Positions 52,341 through 64,000 of a stretch of 64,000 nt of DNA are shown here, piece by piece (positions within the stretch are counted from its first letter, which is position 1; every line of letters starts with the position of its first letter). The position numbers were made by a program, and so were the translations under genes. Below the pieces are notes generated by a model. The model was given only the letters and a program-made list of their open reading frames with translations, searched no databases and had not been told where the DNA came from. Origin of the DNA: Dipteris shenzhenensis (taxonomy: Eukaryota); assembly GCA_047967505.1 (NCBI GenBank), contig CM106538.1. One strand, 5' to 3'.

Positions 52341-52910
52341 GACATGTTTGCCACATTAGCTCTTGGTGCCCTCATTCTCTAACCACCCTAAGACCTCCCT
52401 TTTACAAGTCTCCACTTACGCCATGATCTCCACGGTCAATCAAGTGGATTCGATGAATGGGCAGCTTCGGATACATTCTTATGTTGTTTACGAACGGAGT
52501 TTACATACTACCCCACTACCATGGATCATGGACCCGCCCACGTGGAGCCCACGGCTCAGATATATTCAATGCACCATGGGCGGGCATGGGTCAATGTAGT
52601 GTGGACTTTGTAAACACCCTCATTGTTGTACACTTCATTGCCTTAATTGCTGAAGCATAACTTGCATGCATGTGAGCATTAGAAGAGCTCTGCTTCCCTC
52701 TTTCTTCCCTGTTCCCTCTTGAAGTCACCCCAGAGTGTACCTTGACTTTGGAGAAGATGATGACTGACAGAAGGAGGCAGAGATCCCTGTCATCCGTCTG
52801 ACTGAAGTGGCAAAACTATGCAGCCCTATCGTCGCGCAGGTACGTACCACCGGGATTTTTCGTAGTGGAGATTCAGTCCAATTGATTGGCTGGTAGCTTG
52901 TTAGAGAATT

Positions 52911-55520
52911 GTGGCAAGGCCGGCTTCAGGTTTGGTGTACAGAAAATCACAGCCACCCCAAGAGATGACTGGCTGGAATACGTTGAGCTTAGAGGAGGCA
53001 CTAACGTCCGTGGAACGTGAGCCCCAGCTGCCTTCTGTTCACACTCTTACGTGCATCTTGCATAAATGCAGAATGAGGAAAAGTTTAGCATATACCAAGC
53101 GCTTGTATGCCTACCTGTGCACAAAGAGGCTGGAAGATCATAGATCTATTGGGAACTACCTTGTCCCAATGTTGGCCCAAGTTGGAAGCATGTGCGATGC
53201 TCGGCAGGTTTTTCACGAGTTGGTTGATCAGAATGTATATTCTTGGACGGCTCTCATGATGGGTTATATTGAATGTGGCGAATCACAGCATGCCCTCAAC
53301 CTCTACCAGAAAATGCAAGTGGATTCTGTACATCCTAGCAAGTATACCTACGTGGCCATACTGAAGGCTTGTGCAAGGCTGAAAGATGCAGAAAGAGGCC
53401 GAGAAATACACTCAGATATTGCCAGAAAAGGGTTGGAAATAGATCTTTTTATTGGCAGTACCTTGGTGGACATGTATGCCAAATGTGGCTTGCCTGCAAA
53501 AGCACAGGAAGCATTTGACCAACTGCCAGTGCAAGATGTAGTTTCCTGGAATGCACTGATGGCAGGATATGCCGAGCAGGAGCTTGGTGAGGAAGCCCTG
53601 AACTGTTTTGAACAGATGCAGCTGGAGGGTCTCTCTCCAGATGCTGTCACATTTGTTTGCAGCTTGAAATCTTGTGGAAACATACGAGCCATAGACAAGG
53701 GCCGAGAGATACATACCGAGGTCGCCAAAAAAAGGTTGGAAACAGATCTTTTCATTGGCAGCACCTTGGTGGATATGTATGCCAAATGTGGCTCACTTGG
53801 AGAAGCACGGGAAGTGTTTGACAAGATGCCAGTTCAAAATGAGGTCTCATGGAATGCATTGATTGCAGGATATGCCGAGTATGGGCTTGGTGAGGAAGCG
53901 CTGAAATGTTTTGAACAGATGCAACTGGAGGGTTTCTCTCCCAATGCTGTTACATTTGTTTGCAGCTTGAAAGCTTGCGGTAGCATAGGAGCCATAGACA
54001 AGGGCCAAGAAATACATGCTGAGATGGCAAGAAAGGGGATGGAAAGATATCTTTTTGTTGGCAACACCTTGGTGGATATGTATGCCAAGTGTGGCCTGCT
54101 TACAAAAGCACGGGAAGCATTTGACAAGCTACCAGTTCGAAATGAGGTCTCATGGAATGCACTGATTGCAGGATATGCTGAGCAGGGACTTGGTGAGGAA
54201 GCACTGAAATGTTTTGAACAAATGGAACTAAGGGGTCTCTCTCCTGATGCTGTCACATTCATTTGCAGCTTGAAAGCTTGTGCAAGCATAGGAGCCATAG
54301 ACAAGGGCCGAGAAATACACACCAAGATTGCCAGAAAGGGGCTGGAAAGAGATCTTTTTGTTGGCAACACCTTGGTAGATATGTATGTCAAATGTGGCTC
54401 ACTTGCAAAAGCAAGGGAAGCGTTTGACAAGCTGCCTGTTCGACAGGTGGCCTCATGGAATGCACTAATTGCAGGATATGCTGAGCAGGGGCTTGGTGAG
54501 GAAGCACTTAAATGCTTCCAACAGATGCAAATTGAGGGTCTCTCTCCAGATGTTGTCACATTTATTTGCATCTTGAAAGCTTGTGGCAGCATAGGAGCCA
54601 TAGACAAGAGCAGAGAGATACATGCCGAGATTGCCAGCAAGGGGCTGGAAAAAGATCTTTTTGTTGGCAATGCCTTGGTGGATATGTATGGAAAATGTGG
54701 CTCATTTGCAAAAGCACAGGAAGCGTTTGACAAACTGCCAGTTCGAGACGTAGTCTCGTGGACTGCATTAATCGCAGGATATGTGGAAAATGGGCTTGGT
54801 GAGGAAGCGCTCAACTGTTTTGAACAGATGCAACTGAAGGGTCTCCCTGCAGATGCTGCCACATTTGTTTGCAGCTTGAAAGCCTGTGGCATTATAGGGG
54901 CCATGGACAAGGGCCAAAAAATACACACTGAGATTGCTAGAAAGGGGCTGGAAAGAGATCTTGTTGTTGGCAGCACTTTAGTGGATGTGTATGCCAAATG
55001 TGGCTCGCTTGCAAAAGCGTGGGAAGCATTTGATAAGTTGCCAGTTCGAGATGTTGTCTTGTGGAATGGGCTCATTGCGGGATATGCCCAGCTAGGAGAA
55101 AGCAAAATTGTTTTCCATATGTTTGAGAGAATGAGAGGAGAAGGGATAAGGCCAGACAGCGTCACATTCACTTTTCTTCTGAATGTATGCAGTCACACGG
55201 GTCTTGTGGATAAGGGCCAGATGTACTTTGAGGCCATGAGCAAAGACTATAGCATCACTCCAACTATTGAGCACTACATTGGCATGGTTGATCTCCTTGG
55301 CCGTGCAGGCCAATTAGACAAGGCGATAGAGATGGTGAAGAAGATGCCATTCCATCCAAATCTTGTGGTGTGGCATACGGTGTTGGGTGCTTGTCAAAAG
55401 TGGGGTAATGTGGAACTTGCAAGACTGGCCTTTGAACATGCAGTGCAATTGGATGAAAAGGATGCTGCAGTTTATGTCTTGATGTGTAACATCTATGCAG
55501 ATGCTTACATGCAGGAGTAA
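52911..55520 (+). CDS. PLS-class PPR protein with truncated E domain and no DYW; paralog of the 25.8-kb gene
   Basis: 869-aa uninterrupted ORF. Same N-terminal W.TLSLEEAL block and E-domain end as the first PPR, with more PLS triplets. Confidence 0.94.
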   Translation: MARPASGLVYRKSQPPQEMTGWNTLSLEEALTSVEREPQLPSVHTLTCILHKCRMRKSLAYTKRLYAYLCTKRLEDHRSIGNYLVPMLAQVGSMCDARQVFHELVDQNVYSWTALMMGYIECGESQHALNLYQKMQVDSVHPSKYTYVAILKACARLKDAERGREIHSDIARKGLEIDLFIGSTLVDMYAKCGLPAKAQEAFDQLPVQDVVSWNALMAGYAEQELGEEALNCFEQMQLEGLSPDAVTFVCSLKSCGNIRAIDKGREIHTEVAKKRLETDLFIGSTLVDMYAKCGSLGEAREVFDKMPVQNEVSWNALIAGYAEYGLGEEALKCFEQMQLEGFSPNAVTFVCSLKACGSIGAIDKGQEIHAEMARKGMERYLFVGNTLVDMYAKCGLLTKAREAFDKLPVRNEVSWNALIAGYAEQGLGEEALKCFEQMELRGLSPDAVTFICSLKACASIGAIDKGREIHTKIARKGLERDLFVGNTLVDMYVKCGSLAKAREAFDKLPVRQVASWNALIAGYAEQGLGEEALKCFQQMQIEGLSPDVVTFICILKACGSIGAIDKSREIHAEIASKGLEKDLFVGNALVDMYGKCGSFAKAQEAFDKLPVRDVVSWTALIAGYVENGLGEEALNCFEQMQLKGLPADAATFVCSLKACGIIGAMDKGQKIHTEIARKGLERDLVVGSTLVDVYAKCGSLAKAWEAFDKLPVRDVVLWNGLIAGYAQLGESKIVFHMFERMRGEGIRPDSVTFTFLLNVCSHTGLVDKGQMYFEAMSKDYSITPTIEHYIGMVDLLGRAGQLDKAIEMVKKMPFHPNLVVWHTVLGACQKWGNVELARLAFEHAVQLDEKDAAVYVLMCNIYADAYMQE

Positions 55521-56199
55521 GAGAACATGGTTGAGGCTATGTGAGTGAAAGAACAAGCATGGAATCGCAGGATCTCATGCACTGCATGATGTATTTCTAC
55601 CATGAGCTTTGGTCTTGGAGCTTCTTTCATACTTAATAGAAGTCATCATACGTGTTGTCAAGAATAGGTCGATGGACTGTTGTACGCACAGCAGGTTCGT
55701 TTTGGCATGTTTGCAGATTCGTGTTTCATTTGTAAGGAGAGAGGGCCCTTTGCCTGAAATTGTTCCTTGAAAGCTCAGAATGCGGTACTTGCAAGGAGAG
55801 ACAAGAGGCATGGCACAGAAGTCGCTCCAGTCCACCGGTTGTGAGCCTGTACAAGCTCTTGCAGGCAACATGCAAGGGCCCGTAGCTCTGCAATCTTGTG
55901 TGGGGAAACCAGACTTGTCCAAAAGACATCCGAGTTGGTGTCGGGTTGTGCTAAGGAGGTGCGGAAGGTTTGTGGGGAAGAATGTCGGACTGTGTGTAGA
56001 AGCCCCCCCTTGCCTAAGGAAAGTGGCCCTGACGAAGGCAAGGAAGAGTTGCAGATTGAGCAGTGGAGCAGATCTGTGCGATCCAACTCTAGAGGATAGG
56101 GAGGAGTTTACTTCAATTAGACTGCCGGCTCAAGAGGATGCTCCGGGTGAAGATTTACCAGAGGCGAATCACAAGAGAAGAGTGCACAAAGAGAACACA

Positions 56200-59100
56200 C
56201 GTTTGAAGAAGCCGTATGATCAAATATGGGTTCGCATTCGACTCAAGAGGCTGCATCCTCCAATGGTGGTGGTGGTGGTTGGGGGGGTGGAGGGGGGGGG
56301 AGCAGTATATTCTTCATTCTGGTATTTCGGACCATGTGCCGATGCCATGGAGGAAGCAGTTGGGACTGAGAGATCCCTGGATGTTCTGTTCAAATTTGAA
56401 AAAGTATCTACAACACACACAAAAATTGTGACACGATCTGGCAAACATGGAGTGATTGTGGGGCTGATCTGGAGACCCATGTGTTAAATGGGATGCTGCA
56501 ATCCAGGGAGTAGTCTCAGTGGGATCATCAAAACCAGGATCAGAGGGTGAAATGAAGGTCACCTACCTCAATTAAGGGAAGCTCTTCGGGCTGCATTGAG
56601 CCTGGCTCCTATAGACCCGATCTAGCAACCCCTCTTGGTGGAAGTGGAGGAAGGCATCCAAGCAGGTGAATTGGAAAGGGCAGAAAGGCAAGGATTAGGG
56701 ATCAAGGGAATCAATGGACCAGGTGATGAATAGCAAGGGTGACTCCACCAAATTTCGGCACATTGCTGAGGTGTTTAAAATAGAGTTGGGAGGCTTTGTG
56801 GGAAAGCTAGTGGCCGAGGAGTATACTTGGAAAGGGAAGGTTTAGGCAGTCCTGGCTAGTGTAGGATCCAGGGTCACAGAGGTACAAAGACAAGGGCTGG
56901 CTAAACCCTTCTTGGAAGTGGAACGATGGGAATCCTTGAATGAAATGAAAAATGATGAATCCCAGGGACATTTTTGTGGTTTTTTGGATTGTTATTAAAG
57001 ACAATCGGGTGGCAATGGCAAATGCATTTGTGCAAAGGGGTTAGCTGCCAGAAGATGTTCATGCTGGCTTCATGAAACTCTTTCCGAAGCGCTAAAGCAG
57101 GTTGAGAGTCAGGGACTGGAGGCCAATCCCAATGCTGAATATGTCATTCGAGGTGTTAACCAAAATACTGGCTCTCAAAATTAGAGAAATAATCATGCTA
57201 GTTGTGGATCAAGAGCAAAATGGAATTATTAAAGGTATGGACATTTTAGAGGATGTGCCAAGTGTGTCGTGTTCTTTAGATTATGCTTGTGCCTTTGGGC
57301 AGGGATGTATCCTTTTTTGGGCTCGACCTTGACAAAGCCTATGATAGGGTCAGGTGAGATTTCATGTGTGTTGTACTGGAGCATTTTGGGTTTGGCTCCC
57401 CCTTTTTCAAGATGGTGAGCTCCCTGTTTGGGAATGTATCAGCCATTTCCCAAACATGGGTGGTTAAATGCAGGCTTAGTGGGTGGTTTGATCTGTGTAG
57501 ATCAGTCAGGTAGGGTTGCCTGATAGCCCCGCTTCTGTTTGCACTATGCACAGTGCCATTGGTAAACCTATTCAAAAAGGGAGTGGAAGAAGGGTTGATA
57601 AAAGGTGTGTTGCTGCCCTCAAAAAACAATGTTCTTAATTTCTCCACAGATTACATTGTGGCCTTCTCGGAGGAGAACCAGTGGAGAAATTCTGCCATCT
57701 GTTTGATGCTTTATGCAAGCTGTGTCAGGGTCCAAATGTAGCCAGACAAAGACTTTTTCCCTTAGGGTGTGATGGAACAACAGCAAGGAGTTAATGGAAT
57801 GAAGCAAATGGAGAGTGCTTATTCAAGAGTGGAGAGCCCAATATATAGGCTCCAAGATACATCCAATGAACATCATAGATGATGTCATAGTAGAAGCCAC
57901 CAAGATCCTATAATCATGGCACCATCTCCATGAATCTCTCAATCGCACCTAGAACCTTCTACAACTAAACTTGGTCACACTAACCAACACACAACCCTTG
58001 TATCCCTTGGTACACCCCATTACATCAATTTGTCCTTCATTCCTCCCCACAAATCGATGACCTCATCCCTCAGCTATAGTACATGGGATGCTCCATGGCT
58101 TGCCCACCATCATGTGGTAACACACATGGCCCCAACCTGTGACTCACTCTTAGGACTCTTAGTTTACAACTGGAGGATTAGACAATGACTATGTATGGAA
58201 ATCCCCATGGGTCCAACACGGTAAAACCTCAAATAGGAATGTGAAAAAATTTCATGGATTGATTTCATTGGCTAGAGACTCCAATTCTACTATAGGAACC
58301 ATTTAATATTCTCCTTACCATCTAAGCACCCAACGGTGAATTAATGGACTAATTACAATTATTCTAATAGAGGATTTCCATGCACGAACAGGATCACCAT
58401 ATGGATGGATGAAGTGGAAGAAGATAATGAAGAAAGAAGAGGCTGGAAAAGGACATCAAATGATGCCGGGGAAATCATTCATATAAGAAGACAAATCCTC
58501 ACATTGTGTGGATGGAGATTTTAGAGCTGATGATGGATTTCTACAGCCAGCTCTTTCAGGCGGAGAGGCTGACTCTAGCTTGCCTTGTGGCCCGTGAGTT
58601 AGTTTGGGACCATGTTCCGACAGTAGTCTCGCAGGAGTTGTGCAGGAGACTCGAGGAGCCTTTCACGGGTGAAGTTTGTATAACCTCTTACCACAAGGAT
58701 GACTTCACCAACATTGAAGAAAGTCAAAGATGTTGCAAAGACCTCTATCAATGAGGAGACTTTCATCCAAGAGGGCATTGGCCTTACTTCCGAGATCACA
58801 GGCATATCATTGATGTAGCTTCTTTGTTCCTTGATCTTCACTGCTCCTTTCTTTGTAAAATAAACTTCGAAAAGAATAGCAATAGTAGCTTCTAGTCGGT
58901 TGGCCTTAGAGACATATGCATGCCTTTCTTGATCAAATTTATAGGTATCCTTACATAAGGCACTCATGGTAAAGAGGGTCGTACCGCTTGGTATAACAAG
59001 GGCAATGTCTACTTTTATACTACATAGGAGCTCATGTTTGTATGGCAAAGTATAGTCAATCAAATACAAGTTCATTTCATACATCATGAAAGATGCTGAA

Positions 59101-60900
59101 ACCATAACTAAGGCATCTTCAATCAAATAAGCAACATAATGGTTGTAGTTGAAACCTTTGTTCCAATCTTATCCATTGGAAACCATCATGCATATCATAT
59201 ACTCATTTATCATATAAGCCTTCGTCACTATAAACATGAGTATAGAATACTTCTCCAAAACACTTTCAAAGTATTAATGCCATAGTCAAACTTTGACTAA
59301 AAGTTCAAAGTTTCCTCCAAGTGTCAAGTATAATGTTGATTAGAGCTAAACGGAATATTGATTTAACACTTTCAGCATTCAAAACAAAGTCAATCCTTGC
59401 TTTGATGATCAAAAGCCCCAAAAACTAGTTGACTTAGTCAACCGTTACCAAGCATAGCAAGCTAAAAACTGTGTTTTCAGACAGAGGTCGAATGGAGCCC
59501 GAAATTGGAGCTATCAGCAGCAAGAGAGAGGGGGCTTTTGCAACAGAAATTAAGCTCTAGTACCAAAGGACTCCCATTAGAGAGGAATTGCGCCAATGCG
59601 CATCGGGTCGTCTAAGAAACTTGCGCCTTTTTCGACTGGTTTTTCGTGTTTTCTCCTCAAATACAAGAGCATTGGTGCTCAGACTTAATCAGAATCCTCC
59701 TTATAACGTCGCCCACCAGCAGCTAGAACCATTTTGTGAATGGTGACTCCTATTGGGAGAATTGCAAGAAAATTCGGCGACCAGAAGAAGTGTCGGCACG
59801 GGCAGCAGACATGACTATTGCGTAATTCCTCTGAACCATAGATTCGCCCAACCAAGAGGAGTATCCAGCTCAGATGACTTGTAGAATGATGCTTCAGAGA
59901 GAGAGAATAAGCTTAAGGAAAATCAGGAAGGAAGGTGGAAGAGAAGGGGAAGATGAAGAATCTAGCGGAATCAAAGAGGACTCAAGGAATCAAGGAGGAT
60001 GGTCGTGACTCTGATACCACATGATGGAACAATAGCAAGGAGACAATGGAATGAAGCAAATGGAGAGTGTTTATTCAAGAGTTGAGAGCCCAATATATAG
60101 GCTGCAAGATACATCCAATGAACATCATAGATGATGTCATAGTAGAAGCCACCAAGATCCTATAATCATGCCACCATCTCCATGAATCTCTCAATCACAC
60201 CTAGAACCTTCTACAACTAAACCTGGTCACACTAACCAACACACAACCCTTGTACCCCTTGGTACACCCCATTACATCAATTTGTCCTTTAGGGTGGACC
60301 CAAGCGCTCTCCCAAGGTGGGAAGAGAATCTACCTCTTAAGTGGATTGGGAGGGGTTTTGTTACATAGGTCTAGGGCTCTCCTCTGGATAGTGTTTCGAC
60401 TGGTTTAAAGATAAAATAAAGCAGAAACTTTTTAATTGGCAAGGCTTGTGCCTAGGCTAGAATGCAAGCCGCTCGTAATTCAACATGTCTTACCTTCTGG
60501 CACTACGTACTAGGCTTCCGTTTGGAACCTTCAGGAAAAGTCACTGGAATGAGATTGAGAGATTACCGTGCACATTCCTCTAGGTAGAACATGGTGGCAA
60601 ATTGCATTATATTCCATGGGAACTTCTTAAAGTGCCTAGGCTAAGAGATGGATTGGGGCTTTCAAATATAAATGGCTTCCCCGGATGGTCGAATGCCAGG
60701 CCCCATGGGTGGGGATTGTTAAATGGTTTGTTGAAAATGAAAAAGGTAAAGGGGTGGGTTTGGGCATGGCTCCTCTTGGTATGACAAGGTGTGAACGTGG
60801 TTATCGCTGAAGATTGCTACTTCGTACCTTATCACAGGTTTGGTGGATGCGTGGAAATCGTGTGGGTTCTTGATGACTTGCAAAGGGAGAACACGCCTTC
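56200..60900 (+). mobile_element. L1-like LINE ORF2, heavily degraded, interrupted at 57770-60291
   Basis: GISDHVP (endonuclease end), WRPIPMLN...KILA...EQNG (RT), DKAYDRV-like, GCLIAPLLF, and W...PR..DGLGL after the insertion. Confidence 0.75.
57770..60291 (-). mobile_element. Complete non-autonomous LTR retroelement, 2522 bp
   Basis: 270-bp LTRs at 57770-58039 and 60022-60291 (about 11 mismatches by eye). 5-bp TSD GGGTG at 57765-57769 and 60292-60296. Met PBS (minus TGGTATCAGAG) beside 60021; PPT GGGGAGGAA at 58040-58048. Confidence 0.95.
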
Positions 60901-61244
60901 AAGGGGATGCTAGCTTGTTAGAAATCGACCAACAGAGGGTACACACAGCAAAAGATTGATAGAATTGCCCAGGAGCTCACACAGTGTGGTGTGGGGTATG
61001 GCAAGGAATTTCTAAATTGAAGTAAGAGTAAAGAGCACACATTTTGGGTTAACCTGCTTATCCACTTGCAGTACTACAAATCATGATCTCCTCTTAGTTC
61101 GGTGCAATCTAGTTTTGCTTCTTTCACCTCTTTTGGATCACCTCATCTCTAGAGAGTTTTCTCCTCTTGCTCCATGATGGGTGGATTTTAGGCCATGTGG
61201 GCCTTTACACATAGCTATGCGAGGCTACGTGCCACCCATAGTTT

Positions 61245-61537
61245 AAGTCTAGTAGTAAGAGCGATGGAGTACAAGCAATTATGCCTTCTGTGGCTCCTTG
61301 TATCCCCTAATTAGGGGATGCATGTATGATGTACTATCCTAGCAACTAGTTCCCCGACTCCTCTTCTTGAGGATATGCCCATTGTTTTCACCCATAGTCA
61401 AGTCCAGTAGCGAGAGAGACGAAGTACAAGCAATTTTGCATTTTGTGACTCCTCAGATTGTGTAGTAGGGGATGCATGTATGATGTACTATCCTAGCAGC
61501 TAGTTTCCTGACTCCTCTTCATGAGGATGTGCCCATG
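61245..61537. repeat. Two-copy ~154-bp tandem duplication
   Basis: TAGGGGATGCATGTATGATGTACTATCCTAGCA occurs twice. Confidence 0.8.
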
Positions 61538-62659
61538 TAGTAGCTTATGATGAGGGGATGTCTTTTTTGTACGAAAGATTACTTAAAAGCTTCGTTCTAG
61601 GAGTTTTCTTGATGCATATTATCTTTGTAAGCAAGTTGTTCATTAAAAAAAAACCATCCTACAATTGTGATGGTTGATTTTGTTTTCTCAGGAAAGAACT
61701 CAATCAAAGGAGGACAACTCAAGGGAGCCCACTTTCAAGTCTCAAGAATGACCGTCTCAAGAAATTCCGCAAATTGTTGTGGATATCCCAACTCATCAAA
61801 AGTGGATTGAGAAATCTAAATGTAAGTAAGTTGTATTGAGTTGAAACAAAAACAAATAAGTCTGCAAGTCCAAAGAAATTACCAAAAAGCAAAATCGGCA
61901 CTCAGGCTGGAAAACCAATCGTTGCCAAGCAAGTCTATTTGGCAATCAAGGGAGCTATTGGGATGCCTTCACCTCATTGGATCATGTCGGGATGGGCCAA
62001 GACTGGTGGTTCAAATTTATTCAATCTAATCTAAGGGGATTATGTTTCCTCGTCAATAGTTGACTACATCATCTAATTGAAACAAATCATTGCAATTACA
62101 TGGCAATAGATGAGAGGGTAGTGTGCCATTATGAAAAGATGACATTTTAAACATAGAGAATCATATGGGTGTTTTTCTTAAAGGGGTAGTATGATCTTTC
62201 TTTCTTTATTTCTTTGGCGCAAAAAGGATAATATATTAATGAGGGAAAGCTCTCAAAATTACAACTCAAATTAGGGCAATTGTGCCAATCAAGAGGCGGT
62301 AGGATCTATTGAATTTCTAGAAGAATCTTTGTAGCCAAGTTCGTTCGAGACTTGAGTGGATGCTCGAAGTGTGGTGGTATGATCTTACACCATGTTGATT
62401 ATTGTTATGATGAAGATGCACTCTCGACACATTATGGAGTTTTCTGGTCTACATTTCAATGTGTCTCATTAGGGGCGTGCGCCAATGAGATTGAACCAAA
62501 GACATGGCAGTGAATAGCTTGTCTAGAGTTGATGTGAAATCCCATTACATTTTAACCTACATCTTTCTACATCTTGGAGATAGGTGGGAGTAGATAGTGC
62601 CTCATTATGGAGCCATGTAGTTGCTAAACACAAAAACATGGTCAAGTGCCTCCCAACTT

Positions 62660-62960
62660 CAAGGAGTGGAATCTATGTGAAGGTGTGAAGGATGCATTCA
62701 TGGAAAATAGCCTTTCCCGATAAGCAAGCCACAAGATTCAAGAAACTGCTAGAGGTGGTGCATAGTAATATTGTAGGGGGTACTTGACTCATATAGCATT
62801 ACTTGGTAGTAACAAATACTTTATCACATTTATTAGTATGTCTTGTTCATGAAGTAGAGGTCTCAAGTAGTTGACAAACTTCAAAAACTTAGCCAAATTG
62901 TCGAACCAAATGTCTTTGATCCAATAATGGAGAATAATATATCTCTTTGAGTTCTAGAAA
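62660..62960 (+). pseudogene. Ty1/copia gag-pre-integrase / integrase fragment
   Basis: CEGCIHGK...LLEVVHS...KYFITFI. Confidence 0.6.
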
Positions 62961-63439
62961 CAATGGGGAATAAGCCGCATCATATTAGTGTCAAGGATTT
63001 CTTCAATCTCTCTATCAACTTGTTTTAGACCTTGAACTTCTTCAAGCCTTCACATTGAAGCTTTAGAAAACAAGCGATGGTGAAGGAGCTAAAATCATCC
63101 ATGAATATAAAAAAGTATGTGGCTTCACCAAGCAACTATGTTTGTAAAGGCTAGAGTAGATCAATGGCATGATGGCCCTCTAGGTCTTTAAATGTAAATA
63201 TTGTGCTTCTTTCCCATACTGCAAGATTCTTGGAAGGGATCTTGCATGTGAATTAATTCTTCAATAGTTCGTTGCTTGCTAGGCCAAAAGGCCTTGAGAA
63301 TTGAGATGACAAAGGCAATGATGCCAAACATGGGTGGCCTAAATGCCACAATTGTTTGAAGATAGGAAAAACTAGTGCCTTTTGACTCTAGTTAAATGGG
63401 TGCCAACACCAATAATAGATTCTTTTAGATCATGGGGGG

Positions 63440-63990
63440 ATAGCAAACTTTAGAATGGTAACAAAGAAGATTGTGAGCACTTTGCCAATGTGAAAGGCTT
63501 GAATTCTACTATTAGCACTAAGAGCAATTGGAAAGCAATAAGGGAAGAGGGAAGCAAGTGTATCCTTCGAACCATGTCAGATTAGATGTCGTGTTGAGAG
63601 GCACTAGTGTCATGGTATTAAGCATTTTTTAAATTGGCTATATCAAAAGGAGAAGTATTTATGGAATTCTATGGTGAAATTTTTACTTGATCAAAGAAAC
63701 CCATAAAAGGCCACTAGTTTACCTGATTAGTAGGCACATATAAAAGGCCACTAGTTTCGCCAATGCGATAGTTGCCATTAAATGAGAACTTGGTGGTGGT
63801 CATTTGGGAAGAACCGAAATCTGTTGCTGATGATGGGAGCTAGGGAGAAAGTGTATAGGATTGCTGGGCTAGACAAAATGTCTATGTCATGGATCCAAAA
63901 AACTTGAACGGTAAATGAAGTGAGGTTGATTCATCAAATGTCTTAGTGTGAACTAGCATATTTATATTCCTAAAGTATTTTCCCAATGAT
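63440..63990 (-). pseudogene. Degenerate L1-like RT fragment
   Basis: NWPFM, KFSFNG and a weak QGxPL-like remnant on the minus strand. Confidence 0.35.
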
Positions 63991-64000
63991 GGGACCTCGT

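Noticed and set aside
55780-56487. 235-aa ORF as a host gene
   Set aside because: No recognisable domain; it overlaps the decayed 5' part of the L1-like element.

Overview
Eukaryotic, repeat-dense nuclear DNA from a land plant. The PLS-PPR motif wording suggests a fern or other non-seed plant, which is inference. Two intact-looking paralogous single-exon PLS-class PPR genes (25.8-27.5 kb and 52.9-55.5 kb) sit among nested, mostly decayed transposons: Ty1/copia pieces, two Ty3/gypsy pol regions, a Helitron Rep/helicase, an APE-RT non-LTR ORF lodged inside a copia LTR, an L1-like LINE interrupted by a 2.5-kb non-autonomous LTR element, and a GH1 exon relic. The main find is two divergent, intron-containing, pseudogenised transposase genes (16.8-19.7 kb minus; 39.9-42.5 kb plus). 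Their reconstructed proteins match the RAG1/Transib catalytic core motif by motif (DDE triad, CxxC and HxxxxH zinc ligands, HETL and GxxAR motifs). Nearby are a 418-bp element with perfect 90-bp TIRs starting CACCGTG (RSS-heptamer-like), an unknown gene convergent with copy 2, and an ORF beginning with a histone H3-tail-like peptide behind copy 1. All homologies were judged by eye; no searches were run.
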